Source of the DNA: Daphnia carinata
Lineage: Eukaryota
Direction: 5' to 3'
Length of the DNA stretch: 64,000 bases
Assembly: GCF_022539665.2 (NCBI RefSeq)
Contig: NC_081331.1
Span: 12,648,001-12,712,000, forward strand
A model generated the notes under the pieces. The model saw only the letters and a list, made by a program, of their open reading frames with translations. It searched no databases and had not been told where the DNA came from. The position numbers and the translations under genes were made by a program. Of the stretch, positions 37,367-50,600 are shown piece by piece; the stretch's first letter is position 1; each line of letters starts with the position of its first letter.

Positions 37367-39020
37367 TTATTTCATTCTGTTAAGCAATTCAAGTGTTAAA
37401 GTATATAAAATTTGCTGGTAACTCGATGGTGACAAATGAGTCAACTGAGTCAAGGCATCATCACAGTATTGGCTAGCCAATTCCTTTGTTCGTTGCAATC
37501 CATCAGAGCGATGAACTAAGTAGAAAGCTGTCTCTACGTCTCCTGGCTGGTTAAATCGTCGTTGAATCATTGGATTCAATTCAGGAAACTATCATCAAAA
37601 GTAAAATCCATATTTAGAAAGTTTTACTGATAGCGTTCAAAACTAGACAAACGAGTACTTTGTGCGCAGCGAACAAAACTGGAGCAGTTGCAAGTCCCAG
37701 GCGTAGATCAGCTGCTACTGGCTTACCCAATTGAGCCGATGTAGCTACGAAATCGAGTACGTCATCAACCAGTTGAAATGCCATCCCCAGTTGGCGACCA
37801 AACTGGAAAGCAATCTTTTGCAAAGTAGCATCAGCTTCAGCTAGTACTGCAACCTTGAAAAAGAATTTCATAGTTAATCATATTTCCATTATTCATAGCT
37901 ATTGTTTTCTCTTTTTAAAATATATAGATAAATACCGATTGGCAACTACACGCAATGAGGCTTGCAGTTTTCTTAAACGTTTTTTCCAAGTAGTGGGCGA
38001 ATTGTTCATCCCCTGTTGCACTTTCCTCTGTTTGCATGAATTCTCCATTTACTAAATCAGCAACCATCTCCAATTACGTAATTAAAACAATAAGAAAGTT
38101 CATTCAAATTTGGCAACTGCGTCAATTTCAATCTTACCTGTGATATCAACTCGAAAACGGGATCACTTCGCATACTAGCACAGATCGCAATTGCGCGTCC
38201 AACAACAAAATAGCCTGCTGCGACCGACTGAAGAAAAGCAATGCAATTAAGAACAGTCATTGGGAAAACGTATACAATCCGTCTTACTCTTTTTTGGCCC
38301 CATACGATATTGGCAGATGTTTTGTTTCTTCGGTTTTCAGCTAGATCAATCACGTCGTCATGAACTAAAGAGGCCGTGTGTATCATTTCAGTTACTTGTG
38401 CGACCTTCTTTTGTTTTTCGATTATATCCCTGTTACAAAAAAAAAAATGTGAATCAGAATGACGAGTGTTCCAATTTTCCGAGGCTATCGAAATTAGGTA
38501 ACACACGGTGAAGTTTGATTTAGATGACAGTTGATCGCATTAGCCAAACACATTGTAATTATTGGTCGTATAGCTTTACCCTCTCCATCGAAATAGTATT
38601 GAGCAATCGATGTTAATGTTGCCTGGCTTTTACCTAATGACTGTTACGACAGGTTTTAGAGTACAAACAAATAGAAATAAACATTTCTAAAATTTCCAAC
38701 CTCCCTGATGTCTTCATAAAGTTTTGCTACATCTCGCCTAATCAGAGCGTCGTTACCGGACTTGTCACTTACAGGCGCTGCAGCGACATTTGTGATATTT
38801 GGCATTCCAGTTTGTATCTATTTCGTCGGAGAGCAGTATAAATTAATTAGTTTCTCAGGTAATCATTGGTAATTATCAACCTAAACAGTACCTGACGCTG
38901 AAATCGGAGCGAAGGCGGGCTGTTAAATAGTAACGATTCGCATTTTTGTAGGCCGCTATACGCTCGGCATAAATGACGGTTGTGGGATGCAAATATTTGG
39001 CTAGCAAGAAAAGTAGCCAT
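37367..39020 (-). CDS. PDSS1: PDSS1-type trans-prenyltransferase, divergent copy B
   Basis: Same 8-exon structure as copy A with an intact frame. GKAIRP, HTASLVHDDVID, GEFMQ, KKTASLIA, QLVDDVLDF and DLRLGLATAPVLFA. Confidence 0.9.
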
Positions 39021-40399
39021 CCTTTGGTCACTGTTGCCGTTGACGTATCACTTTTTGAAACTTGAAAAGCGTGCGTTCAATTGCTTTGTATGTTCTCCCG
39101 AACGTCGGCAACAACTAAACAGTGAAACGCAAGTCCAAACGGAAAAATGCTTACGTTTAACGATGCCTTAAGGCGTCCGAAAAAATGTCGAAAGCCGGTG
39201 TAACAACCGTTGAATGGAAATGAACGAACAGAGAAATCCGAAAGTTTAAAACCAGCTGGCCGAGGTAAACTTGGTGAGAAAACTGGTTCGATAGCCCGAC
39301 AGAAAAGGATATGATTTATTTAGATTATAGCTGTGTGTAAGAAACGCTCTTCAAATGAATGTGCCCGATGCACTAGAAAGACCCATGATATTTCGACTGT
39401 TTGCATTTTTAATTGCAAACAGACTTAGAAGTATGTCAAAAGCACTCCTGTTCAGAACATTTCCCTAGCTTTTTTCGACATGTTTTCCACCACCGTGGTT
39501 TACAAACGTGGAAAAGAATCGCAAAAAAAAACAACAACAACAAAATGGCACTTTCAAACTGCTCTAGCTTTAAGAGATTATCAACACTAAACTTCAAATT
39601 GGGATGCTGTCCATAACGACATGCGAGAAGGTATCTTCCAAGAACTACAAAGCAAAACGAAGACATGGAAACCAAACTTGCAAATCTATCTTTTGCCAAC
39701 GATCTTGGACATCCACCTAACATCATTGTGCTACGAAACCTACCAAACTGGAAACTGACAAGACGACCAGTTTCACGTCCCTGTGGCTACGAGTCGTCAC
39801 GCCACCACCGACGACAACGTCCCTTACGGCTTAATTTTAGAGATGTTGTCCTAAAACGACCACCCATTCAAATGCTTCATTTTCGAAATGAACACTTCAA
39901 ATGAAAACGAAATTTTTTGAGGTACGAGACAGTCATATTTATTGTTGAATAATTACACCTACCACTTATGTTTCTTTTATTCGATAAACTCTAACTACTG
40001 TATGCCTCAGTGTTTAGGAAATGACCTTTGATATCATAATATAAGCACTTTTATCTTTGACGTGTGAATTTCGAGATATTTTGTTGTGTTGTTTCGCAAT
40101 TTAATTGTTTGTTTTCCGATCAAGAACGCACGCACTTTGTACATGGTTAAAGGTGATAACCAATAATATAGTGTAAGGTGGAAGTCAAAGAAGAAGAATT
40201 GCTGGTGGCAAAACAGAAAGTCAGAAAGCAAAAAAGATAATTTTGTCTTCTTAAAAAAATACGATATTTTTATGGTCATCTTAAAAATCTAATTCGTAAA
40301 AAAATACGCGTGGACGGATGTCTTCGTCACCCAAAATAACAAGTGCTGCACAAGCTGGCAGCTTTTCTTTCTTCTCTTGTGTTTCCTTCAATCACCGTT

Positions 40400-43300
40400 T
40401 CAGTTGACTTTCAGCGAACGTGGCTGGATAACTGTAAAATAGAAGATACTCGTTTTTAATTCATTCAACTAAATGCCTTTTTTACAACTTGTTCGCCTGA
40501 TTAAAATTAGACATTCTTACAGTGTGCTCTAGCACGACGATCCTGTTCGGGTGCGATAGGCTCATCCTCGGGTGTAACAGGACGGGCTATGATTATCCCA
40601 CGGTCTAGGGCAGGTCCGTTTTCAGGCATAGTACGTAATCCTCGACCTCCAATGCGAACGGGTTGAGCTGGGCGGCTATCCGCAGACACGGATTCGACAG
40701 ATTTCTCATTTTTAGACGAATGACGGTTGTTAACTGGCGAGAGAATGGAGTCCATGAGACGTTCGAAAAACGAAGCGCGACCCTGGCGGCGATCCGGCGC
40801 GGCCATTTGGCTGGGCACAGGAGGCACAGCATTGCGTACGTTCAAGAAAGGAATGTTGACTGGGATAGGAGCGGAACGTTCTTTACCGACTAGAGCAGCC
40901 GGCAATGGAGGAACTTGCAAGAAAGGAAGAGTAACTGGACGATTGGGCAATTGGACTGGGCCTGAAGGCATCTCAGTGGTGCTCACTCCTTCAGCTACTT
41001 TCGGCCGGGGAGTGTCTAACAAGAATTTAGGAACGCGGAAGACGGGCATATTTGGCTGTTCAGGTCGGATGGAGAGTCTTTGAATAGGTTGAGGCTCTTC
41101 CGCGCCCAGGATACCAGGCAAATCTTCTAATAGGCTGAGCAGACTTTCCGGTAGGCCTTGAAAGTCTGGCGCGCGCTGGCGTTCACGGAAGAGCGGAACA
41201 GGGCGAGCAGTGACCAGAGGAGGTCGGATTGGATCAGAGTTCATGCCGCGATGTTCTGGAACATGAGATTTCTCCTGACTATTGTCCGGAATGAGGTCGG
41301 ACGGAAGGTTAAAACGCTTTTCAGCCATTGCGTGTCCGTCAAATGGACGTTGTTGAAACGGTTGAAACTGGGGTGGCGGAGGAGTTGAAACTGGGCCGAA
41401 TGGTCTCATTTGGCGTAGGTTAGCTTCGGGAAAACGGAAGGGCCGTCCAGCTGGGAAGGCTTGGAAGGGAGATCGCATTTGTGGTGGTGGTGGTGGAGGA
41501 ACGTTAAGAGGATTTAAAAGGCGCTGTTCCAGCAGGGCATTGTTCAAATCAAAAGGAGGAGTGAGATTTAATGATATTGGTGGTCTCATGGATCTTGGGG
41601 GCATCATCTGATTAGGGTTCATCATCAAAGGGATCGGTCCAATGGCAGACATGGAATTCATTGGCATGCCTCCCATCATACTGAACGGATTCATCCTCAT
41701 AGGAGGATGCATGTCAAACGGCATGAAAATGGGTCTAGAATGGATGAGTCCTGAATCATCTTCCTCGTCCAGCTCTGTGATGCTATCCTCATCGCTCGAG
41801 CAGATGATGGAAATGCGTTCGCCGGAGATGATTGGCATTAGAGGAACGGCCGTGGCATTTTTAGCCGTGATTGGCAGAACCTTAACGTAATCTTCTGCAC
41901 CATCGAGAGGTCGTCGCTCAACAACGCATTTGCTTTTGTCCAGCGGATTCCGTTTCATGAACATCTGCAAAAATTCAAAAGAATCTTTATTATTTAAAAT
42001 ACGGAATCAATCTAATTGATTTGCTTTACTTTGGTCAATTCGTCAATGTCGATATCCAGATCGCTGCCGGTGGGCAACCGGAGGATCTTGCCCTCATTCT
42101 CCAGAAATTCCTCCAACAAGTCGCCGTCCGTGTCCAGGCGCCGGTGGTCCTTTTCATCGTCGGGCACCTCAGATGATGACTCGGATGAAGCGGGTTCGCC
42201 GGCCCCAGCAGTGGGAGCATCGCCTGTTAATGCCGAAGGCAAACTTGCTGTGGCCGCCTTCTAATCATGTCAAAGTTCAATTTCAAGATTTTCAAATGAT
42301 TTCTTTAATGGCATACATTGGACGTTAACCTAGTGAAAGAAAAGAAGGGCAACGTCTTCCTACACCCAGTTTTTCTTTTTGAAAGTAGACATTTATAACT
42401 GACTTTTTATGTTAGCATTTAGAAGCGCACCATAAGATCGTATACATGTTCCGCTATGGCACTAAACTATCACGGACCTCTTTTGACTACCGTTTCTTTT
42501 TGTGAAGGCGTTCAAACGATGGTGACACGTAAAAAGAGCCAAATAAAGGGCCATCGACCCACTTGAGGACGATCGTCCAGTAAGATAAGAACGACAACGC
42601 AAAATGGACACGGTGAAACGACAGTAATGACAGTGTTGAAACAACTGCATTAAACTCTCATCGAAAATTGAATTTTACTAAAGAGATGGGATTCTTCGTT
42701 CAACTGCAATGGCTACTTTCTCTTGAAAACAAGTAAATAGCAGATGGATAAGGTGTCAGCGAACTCGGTTACAACTAGTTGCGAAATGGTAAAACGATAA
42801 CCCAAAGCACGAGCCAATAAAAAAAGAAAACGAATTGCTCACGGATGGCGTCATCGAGAGTTTGCCAGTCTAGCGTGAAATCATTTTCTCTATTTCTGCG
42901 TCCCCAAAACAAAAAAACAGACAAGATGCGAATGAGAAAGGAGGAAGATGTGATGCATCGCATGCGATGCGAAACCAGGACACGGTAATAATTAGATCCG
43001 GGAAGAACACACCTTACGCACATGCGCAACAACGCCCTGACTTCCGTCCCTGCGAATATCAATTAAATAAAATCTAGCGAATTTTTTCAAGTAAAAATCG
43101 GCGACAGGCAGTTAGATATTAAGACAGATGTCCTTGTATATACAACGATAACATCCCAAATGGATTCGTGAGATAATTATTAGTACGTTCCTACACGCAA
43201 AGAAAGGAAAGTTGTCGCTTGCTAGCAGTGGGAAAAACAAACAAAGAGATCGTGTTCTTGAATCTCTTTTACTTTTTAGAAAATACAAATTCAGAAATTA

Positions 43301-44854
43301 GTTTGATGGGAAATTTGAAGAGAAAGGTGCCTGGTACAGAAACGCAGAAGAGAGGCCCCCCTCCCTTCTTTTTCAAAGAGAAGAGAGCAATGAACTCAAA
43401 GAGAAAGTTGTCTTTGGGGTTGAAAAGAAAAAGAAAAACTCCCCACACGAACACCCAGATACAAACATAAAAAGTTGAAATAAACAAAGGAGAGAATTGA
43501 GGTGAAAATGGCTGCCGACAGTTCTCTTGTGTTTGATCGACAGAGCAGATCAAGTCCAAGTAAAATATCAAAAAAACAAAACCTGTTTTGATTAATTCGA
43601 TTGTTTCGGCAGTTTTGCCACTCTCCTTTCTAGCTCATTGAATTGTTTAAAGATTTAGGGAAATAGACAAGCACGTCCAATCTTTTTTATGACTCATGAA
43701 CGTCGTGATAGATTTGAAATTGGCCCTTTCTTTTCCATCCTTCTACTGCAAGTGGGTAATACTTCAGTCAGAGCAAGCTGAGAGCCTAGAAAAAAGGGGA
43801 ATTTCTTTGTCCGCATTCAGCTGGGCAGTTGTCCTACTGACCGACCAACGGGGAATCAAAAACAAAATCAGCTGCGTACTTTTTACCTTTTCGTATCCTC
43901 CCCTCGTTTCTTTGTTTTGGTCTTTCCCTGCATGCAGGTACACTTGTTGTTATGGTCCATCTCTGTTCTTAAGGGTCGAGAACTTTAGCTCAATGGCTTG
44001 ATTTTCCTCATCTACATCACAGGTAGGTTACCATCGAATTTGTGTTCCCAATTGAGGCTTTCGTTTCAAACATCCTCTCTAGTTTTTCCCCGTCACCTTT
44101 TGTACGAATCACATCCTATTTCCGGCTTTGAGTGACAAAAAGAAACATGTCGGCGGAAGTTGACAGTTCCCGCAACCCATCGAATTAACACGACAACCCT
44201 GGTAAAGGCTTAGTCGTTAAGAATGCTGTTTGCCCCCTTTTTTTTTGAATTAATTATTGTCTTCTTGTTTTCTTTCTGTTTTTACCTCCTTCCTCTTAGC
44301 GGGTGTTTGACTTTGAATCGACTTTGACGCACGTAGGGGATAGTCAATCACGCAATGAAATGAGAAGAACTCAAGAACGAAAGGAAGAGGAGAAAAACAA
44401 TCTCTCGTTTGCCGTTTTTTTTCGCAAACATGCCCTCGTTTGAAAGATAGAAAAAAAGAAGAAGAGAGGAAACGAGGACTCACGTTCGTCTCGGTCGAGC
44501 TGGCTGGGGCCGCGGAATGAAGGGCAACACCATTGTGTCTCATTTGCAAGTAAGCGGCAAGAACGATAGCCGTGCCCAAGATGAGCGCTACAGCCACCAC
44601 AGTGATGGCAATGAGTCGAGCAATACGGACCGATGAAGCCGTTTGTTTCTTGTATGCCTGTTTAAATTCAAACAGGAAAACAACAAAATTAAACGTGGAA
44701 ACCAAATAGATAAACGATATGTACTTACAGGTGGTTCCGAAGTGACGGAGTAAGCTCGCGACAAACTCAAGCCAGACTCATCTTTGATAGTTTCGGACGA
44801 GATGGATTCAACGTCCGACTTATCCACCTTCTCCGAGATCGTTGAAACGATCAT
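40400..44854 (-). CDS. Uncharacterised type II single-pass membrane protein with Pro/Met-rich ectodomain (5 exons)
   Basis: MIVSTISEK...SEPP|AY, TM segment RLIAITVVAVALILGTAIVLAAY, an exon at ~42030-42261, and a large exon at 40521-41964. The last exon gives RAHFIQPRSLKVN with stop at 40400-40402. Confidence 0.8.
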
Positions 44855-46857
44855 ATGTGAAATGTTAAAATTATCTCTTTGTTAGAAAAAAAATATGAGA
44901 GAAATTGGAAAGAGGGGAGAAAAATGCGACTTGAAACTCCAGTCGCCTGGAAGTTTGTGAAGTGGCTCCGGACAACCACACCGGCTTAAATAGGTTGCTT
45001 AGGTACGCACCCGGACGGAGGGGATGGAAGGCGAAAGAGGGCGGAGCTTACGTGGTACCTAACTTTTCCTACCAAAATGTTTGGGTGAAAAGAAAGAAAA
45101 CAAAAAAAAAAAAAATGAGAAAACTAAACTTAAAATAGTAATAGAGAGAAAAGAAGTAGTTCGTTACAAGTGTCCGGGCGCGGTCAGAATGTAGAAATCA
45201 TCAAAATAAAAACCTAGCCACGTCTTCTTCCATCGGATATTGTCCAGTTTCTCAAACGTTCGATGCACCCCAATCGTCTCGAGAATTTTCATTCCGCTCC
45301 AGAAAATAACCGAGGTGAACTGCAGCCATTTTTTGACTTGGGCCCGTTTTTTCCTCCATCCTTTCCTACTTGTAACCGTCATACGACTTGACTGTGTTTT
45401 CGCGAGTTCATCGAACCACATGATGATCGGCAACGGTATACCAATCGCAATATGTTGTGTATGGTGCAAAGTCCAAAGCCATTCGTTCAAATTCGATACC
45501 CAACAATGCATTTCTTTCCGCCTCCGATAAAAAAAAAAACAAGTTTCTTTTAGCATTAACACGTGTCCTTGTTTGTTTGTTTTTTTCTTCAGTGTTGTCT
45601 AAAGCCAATAACCGACCTGAAGTCATTGCCATAATCACATATCGGTGTCGGGCGTTGCTAATTTTTTTCAGTTTTAGACTCCTTTGACTGACGAATAAAA
45701 AAACGCTAATGCGACGCTATCCTTCAAGAAAGAAAGAACTCGGATTCGGGTGAAGGAAATATAAATCGGGCAAGTGGTGTGCTATTTCTTTGCAAAATGA
45801 AAAACACTTGAACCCTCAGCTACCCTTGAAGATGTTGGACAAAAGAATACTGTGTACATACACCTTTTTCCCGGCGGTTATATCTTGCAATTGGAAACAG
45901 GGCAATAAAACGATATAATAAATAGCATTGGCTGTTAAGGCTCTTCTTTCACTCGGGTGCTGAAAGAAAGTGAACGTCCTGTGCGCCGTTTCCCCTTTTT
46001 AAAAATAACATGGTGGGTACCCTAAAAAAACTTGCCACGGATCCGAGTTGAAAACACAAAGCAACTTATCAGCAAACCTTGGCCTATTTACATGGCGTTT
46101 GTGTCGTCTTTTGTTCGTCAGTACCATTACTTGTAGAAGCAGAGGTATATTCCATCCTGTTCTCTATGTTTTTGTTTGGTCCGCCATGTCTACCATCTGC
46201 TGCCCGAGGGGTGATGACGTTTTCCTCTTGACTATGGAAAAAAAAGTGAGCGCCTCCATGGTCGTGACAAGCTTCGCAAAACCTACTCTGGAGCGGATGT
46301 AAAGAGCACGATAACGGGAAGGTGGGCTATATGAACGCGCACGATTCGGATGATGACTAGTCGACCACGTGATGGACGGCCGAAGAAACCGAGTCACTGG
46401 GTCAGTCAAGTGACAATTTCCGATTGGTATTCTTATGAACCATTGCTAGATTCAACGATAGCTACAGGTCGGGCTCAAATGAGGTTACCATGGCCGAATA
46501 CGCAAGCCATAACAATCGATTATTTTACGAGGCCACGGAGAGAGAGAATGAAGGAGAAAGGCAAAAAAAAAAAAATGATCAGTGAAATGGCCCCCTCTTG
46601 CTCCGCAGAAAAGGGAGACAATTAATGGTGGCAGATGCAAAGGCGTCGCTGTGGAGATGCAAGTCAAGCGTTACGAAATTTTCTCTTTAGCATTCTTTCA
46701 ACGGCGCGTTTGGAAACTAGCTAAAAACATACTTTCTTTGTCTTTGCTATTTTTTTGTGGTAGGCGTAGGCAATATTACTTCTCTATAGATGATTGCACG
46801 AAATCCATTTTCTTTATTGTATTGTTCTTCATGTAACAGGGGAAAGCACTGGATCGT

Positions 46858-47652
46858 TTATTCCTCTTCAGCTTCCAAGTTGATGGAATTACCAAACTTG
46901 GCATACAATTGCGTCTTCAGATCGCTCATGATGGATTTAACGTTCGTGCATTCGGCTTCAATGGATTCAATGTCTTTTTTTACTTTACTTTTGGCTTCTT
47001 CAAGTTTCTCCTATAAGGTTAATGCCACCATTAGCAATATTTTCTATATTTTCTGCATGAAAAGCCGCATGAAGTTGTGAAGCAACAATATTCACCTGAG
47101 CTTCTTCCATGTTGAAGTGCACAAAGACTTCACCTACAACGAAAGGAATAGGGGCAGATTCATCTTCGACAAGAAGTAGATCATCTGATGCATCTTCCAA
47201 ATTCTGAAGATCTCCCTAAAATGGAATCCCAAACTTGAAACTATTGGGTGTACATAAGTGTCAAACAGAACCCTTGTTTAGCACTAAGTAAGGGTGTGAA
47301 CAGGATTCATGAATGCTTGTTACAGAAGTGTAGAATTGGGAAAGCATGTAACAAAGGAAAAATATAACCACAGCCATATAAAGTCTTAATGAAAATTTGT
47401 AAGATGCTACGAATTTGGAATTCACCTTTTTGTGTTTCAAGTCATCCCTCAGCTCCTCCCATTTTGCATTCTGTCGTGCAAACCGGTTGATTTTCTGTTG
47501 GTCTTCTAACGTAATGTGAATGTCAGAATCCTTTTAAAAAATGTTGCTTGTAATAAATTATATATAGAAAGTGGACGCAAAAGAAGACTAGTGTAACAAA
47601 ACATTTCCTTTACCGATTCAAGGGAATCTTTAGAAACCGCTACTGCTGCCAT
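46858..47652 (-). CDS. PFDN4: Prefoldin subunit 4 (4 exons)
   Basis: DIHITLEDQQKINRFARQN, QNLEDASDDLLL, IPFVVGEVF and DLKTQLYAKFGNSINLEAEEE. Confidence 0.95.
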
Positions 47653-50600
47653 GATTTCCTACTAGATTTTCTGTTTCTAAAATTCTAAGCTAGCAGACGA
47701 CGCGCAACGACAAGCTTCCCGGTCTCTTGCGTTGCCATTATTTATATTGATTAAACTAGTGAACAAATTGTTTCTTTTCGTCTTTTTAACGTACGAAATG
47801 AATAACGAATATTGCATTAAGCAATAGAGAAAATATATAATTAGAAAACGCATCTATAGCTTAAATCACGCTATTAAAATGAAATGTAAAGTGAAAGGGC
47901 TATAATGGCGTTGCCTCCATAATTGTTTGCTGCTCCATAAAGTGCGTTCGTAATTCACGCGCTGCGGGAGAAATTTTCCTTTGCTTATTGCTTGGCTATC
48001 TTTATTGCAGTGCTTTTTAGAAACCGGTAATGAAGGCTGTTCATTTTAGCATTTTCGAGAAAGATCTTGAGTAAAAATAGGAAGCTTCAAAAGAGCATGA
48101 AAATCACTCCTGTAAAAGCGTACAATGACACCGAGAGCCACATGTTGTAAAAATGTGATGTGTCTATTTCCACAGCTTCGAGCGCAATGTTTGTCTGGAT
48201 ATTTCGGATGGAAAAGATTTGCAGTTTAGATCGATACAAATCAAATGGAACGCTACACACGGCGGTCACCAAAAACCTTCGCTTGTGTTGGCGTGCGTCA
48301 TTCCCAAGAATTACAAATGGAAAATTAAGCACTCTGAATCGAATGAGGTGGTGAAATTTATACTTCAGAGAGTTTTTCTTTCTTTGCTGTAACTTTGCAA
48401 GACATGAACAATACGCTTTTGGATCGTTCTCCGCTTTTATTCTTGTCTCCCGAATTTTCTTGTTTGTTTATTGTGAACTTACGTATGAATGCGACTGAAA
48501 CCATTGACGTCATCTTGTCACTATAATACATATGCGCAAAATCATTTCCATAACAAATCCTCCTCTTCACGTGCGTCCGTAAAGTTGCCTTGCCAACCCT
48601 AAATGTGATCAAGCAACCCATTTCTTGCCTACCATTTGAAAAAGCCTATCAAGCGTTCCGGTTGCTTAACCCCATTAGATTAAAATAACTCAGTAATTGA
48701 GACTATACGCTTTCCACTTTTTTATTTCGCTCTTTTTTTCCGTTGTTTGCTTGTCCCCCTCTCACATCTTTTTGGAACATTCATCTTTATTTATCTAATT
48801 GCACAATTGGTTGTTACCCTATACATGCGCTATAGCAAAAGAGTCCCCCCATGGCTGTACATGTTTATGTCTAGACATCAAGTATAAGGGTGTAGTCTAC
48901 AATACTTAGATTGCAATGTTGTGTTTATCAGTCTCGAAAGAGTTTGCATAAAACGGGTCGTTTTATTGGGGCAAACTGTTACCAAGAGTGCATCAAGAGA
49001 AAGTCTTAGGAGTCTTCCATGAATTAAGTATGTGGGAGAAAACAGGACTGGTTTGACAAGAAGGAAGTGACAGAAGAAAGATGTAAGGTTCAGATTTAAG
49101 TACACGCTCGAATAAAAAGAGAAAATACGTAATTACTGATAAGGCGACGAGATGATGGAAGAGATGGAATTCTTATGGCACAGACGAATGCAAATAGTGC
49201 TCATTTATAATCAACGGTTTACGCTAGAAAAGCATCAGAGCTGGTCAAATGTACACTACCTGATTGACAGTCTGAAAGTGTATTAATCGTATTAAAATTC
49301 AAAAATGATCAGAAACTAGGACAAAACTTTCTCGTGGGTCAGTCGTCCCGGAGCTCTTCGTGATGAGCCAATGCAGTCAGGTCGGTCCATAGTATTGATT
49401 GCTGTGCACGCCAAATGTTGGCATTTGACATTTCACATTGCAAAAGTTTCGAATCAAGTCAAAAATAAAGAATGAAACATTTTGAAAACAAGTTTATTAT
49501 TGCCTCGTATTCAGAACATCGCCATTTTTTATGCGTCTAAACACCTTTACCAAATTTCAATAGAGTTAACTTTAACGCAACTGTTTTGTGAACGTATGGA
49601 ATGGATAGAAAATGAAACTCAAACTGAAAGGTATTGAAAACAGATGTACAAAGAAAACAAATGGCGATTGACGGATTGATAGAGATGTTTACACTCAGAG
49701 AAAGCACATAAGTAGAGCTAATAGGTCTCCAACAGGAAACAGTCGAGGCAGATCGGTAAGTTTGTTCCCTGTCTACAAATATCTACAGCTAAAAGATATG
49801 CTAGCACAATTTCAAGAGAGAATTCACAAAAGACCGACATACTAATCTATAGGGTCGTTTCCTTCTCATTTTCACGCACTCACTCGTCAGTTAATGATGA
49901 ATAAACAGTCCTGACGCTCGGCTGTCGCACATATCAAAAGAGAGGAAAGCGCAAAACAGGCTTTTGTTGAGCCTTATCAAAGTCGGTACCACTCTTTTCT
50001 TCGAGCATAGATTTTCCATTTTCTTCCTCTTCCTTCCTCCTCCTTCTTCAACTTGTTTTTCTTTCCTCCCTTTTAGTGAACAAACTTCTCCCCGTCTCTC
50101 CGCTCTCCTCTTTGTTGTCCTCCCGAAATTCGGGAGTCGATCGAAGATCCCCTTCTCCCGAGCAACTCCTATGTACGCCGCTGAGCCAATCAATCCCGCT
50201 TATGTTATAGGGCCCACGCTGCCGCCCCTTCTGCTAACAGCAGCAAGAGAAGGAGGAAACGGGGAGAAAAGGGGGGGGGGGGATATGTATAGAGAGACAT
50301 TGGTAAACGTAAGAAGCCGTCTTTATAGAAACACACACACGGAAAAGCAAAAAAAAAAAATAGAGGGAAAGAAAATCCAAACAATCAGTAACTCTTCTGA
50401 GCTGTTGTTGTGCTACTTCCCGTCGTGGACTATCAGGTCTGTTGCAACAGACGCTGCGCATGCCCGGTTCGGAACGCGAGTAGAGAGCTGGAATAGGAAC
50501 GAGTGACGAGCATCGAGAGCGCGGACCGCTCAATATCGGTTACACAGCCGGAATTCAGATTGAAGCTCTTCGCGCAGTGTAGGTTTTGCTCCAGCCACAA

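Noticed and set aside
39413..39904. Short ORFs or possible decayed gene between PDSS1-B and the membrane-protein gene
   Set aside because: No recognisable motif or consistent splice structure.
46340..46400. ATGATGA box with flanking stem (C/D snoRNA or ribozyme candidate)
   Set aside because: There is no canonical CTGA D box or three-stem hammerhead core, and the site is intergenic.
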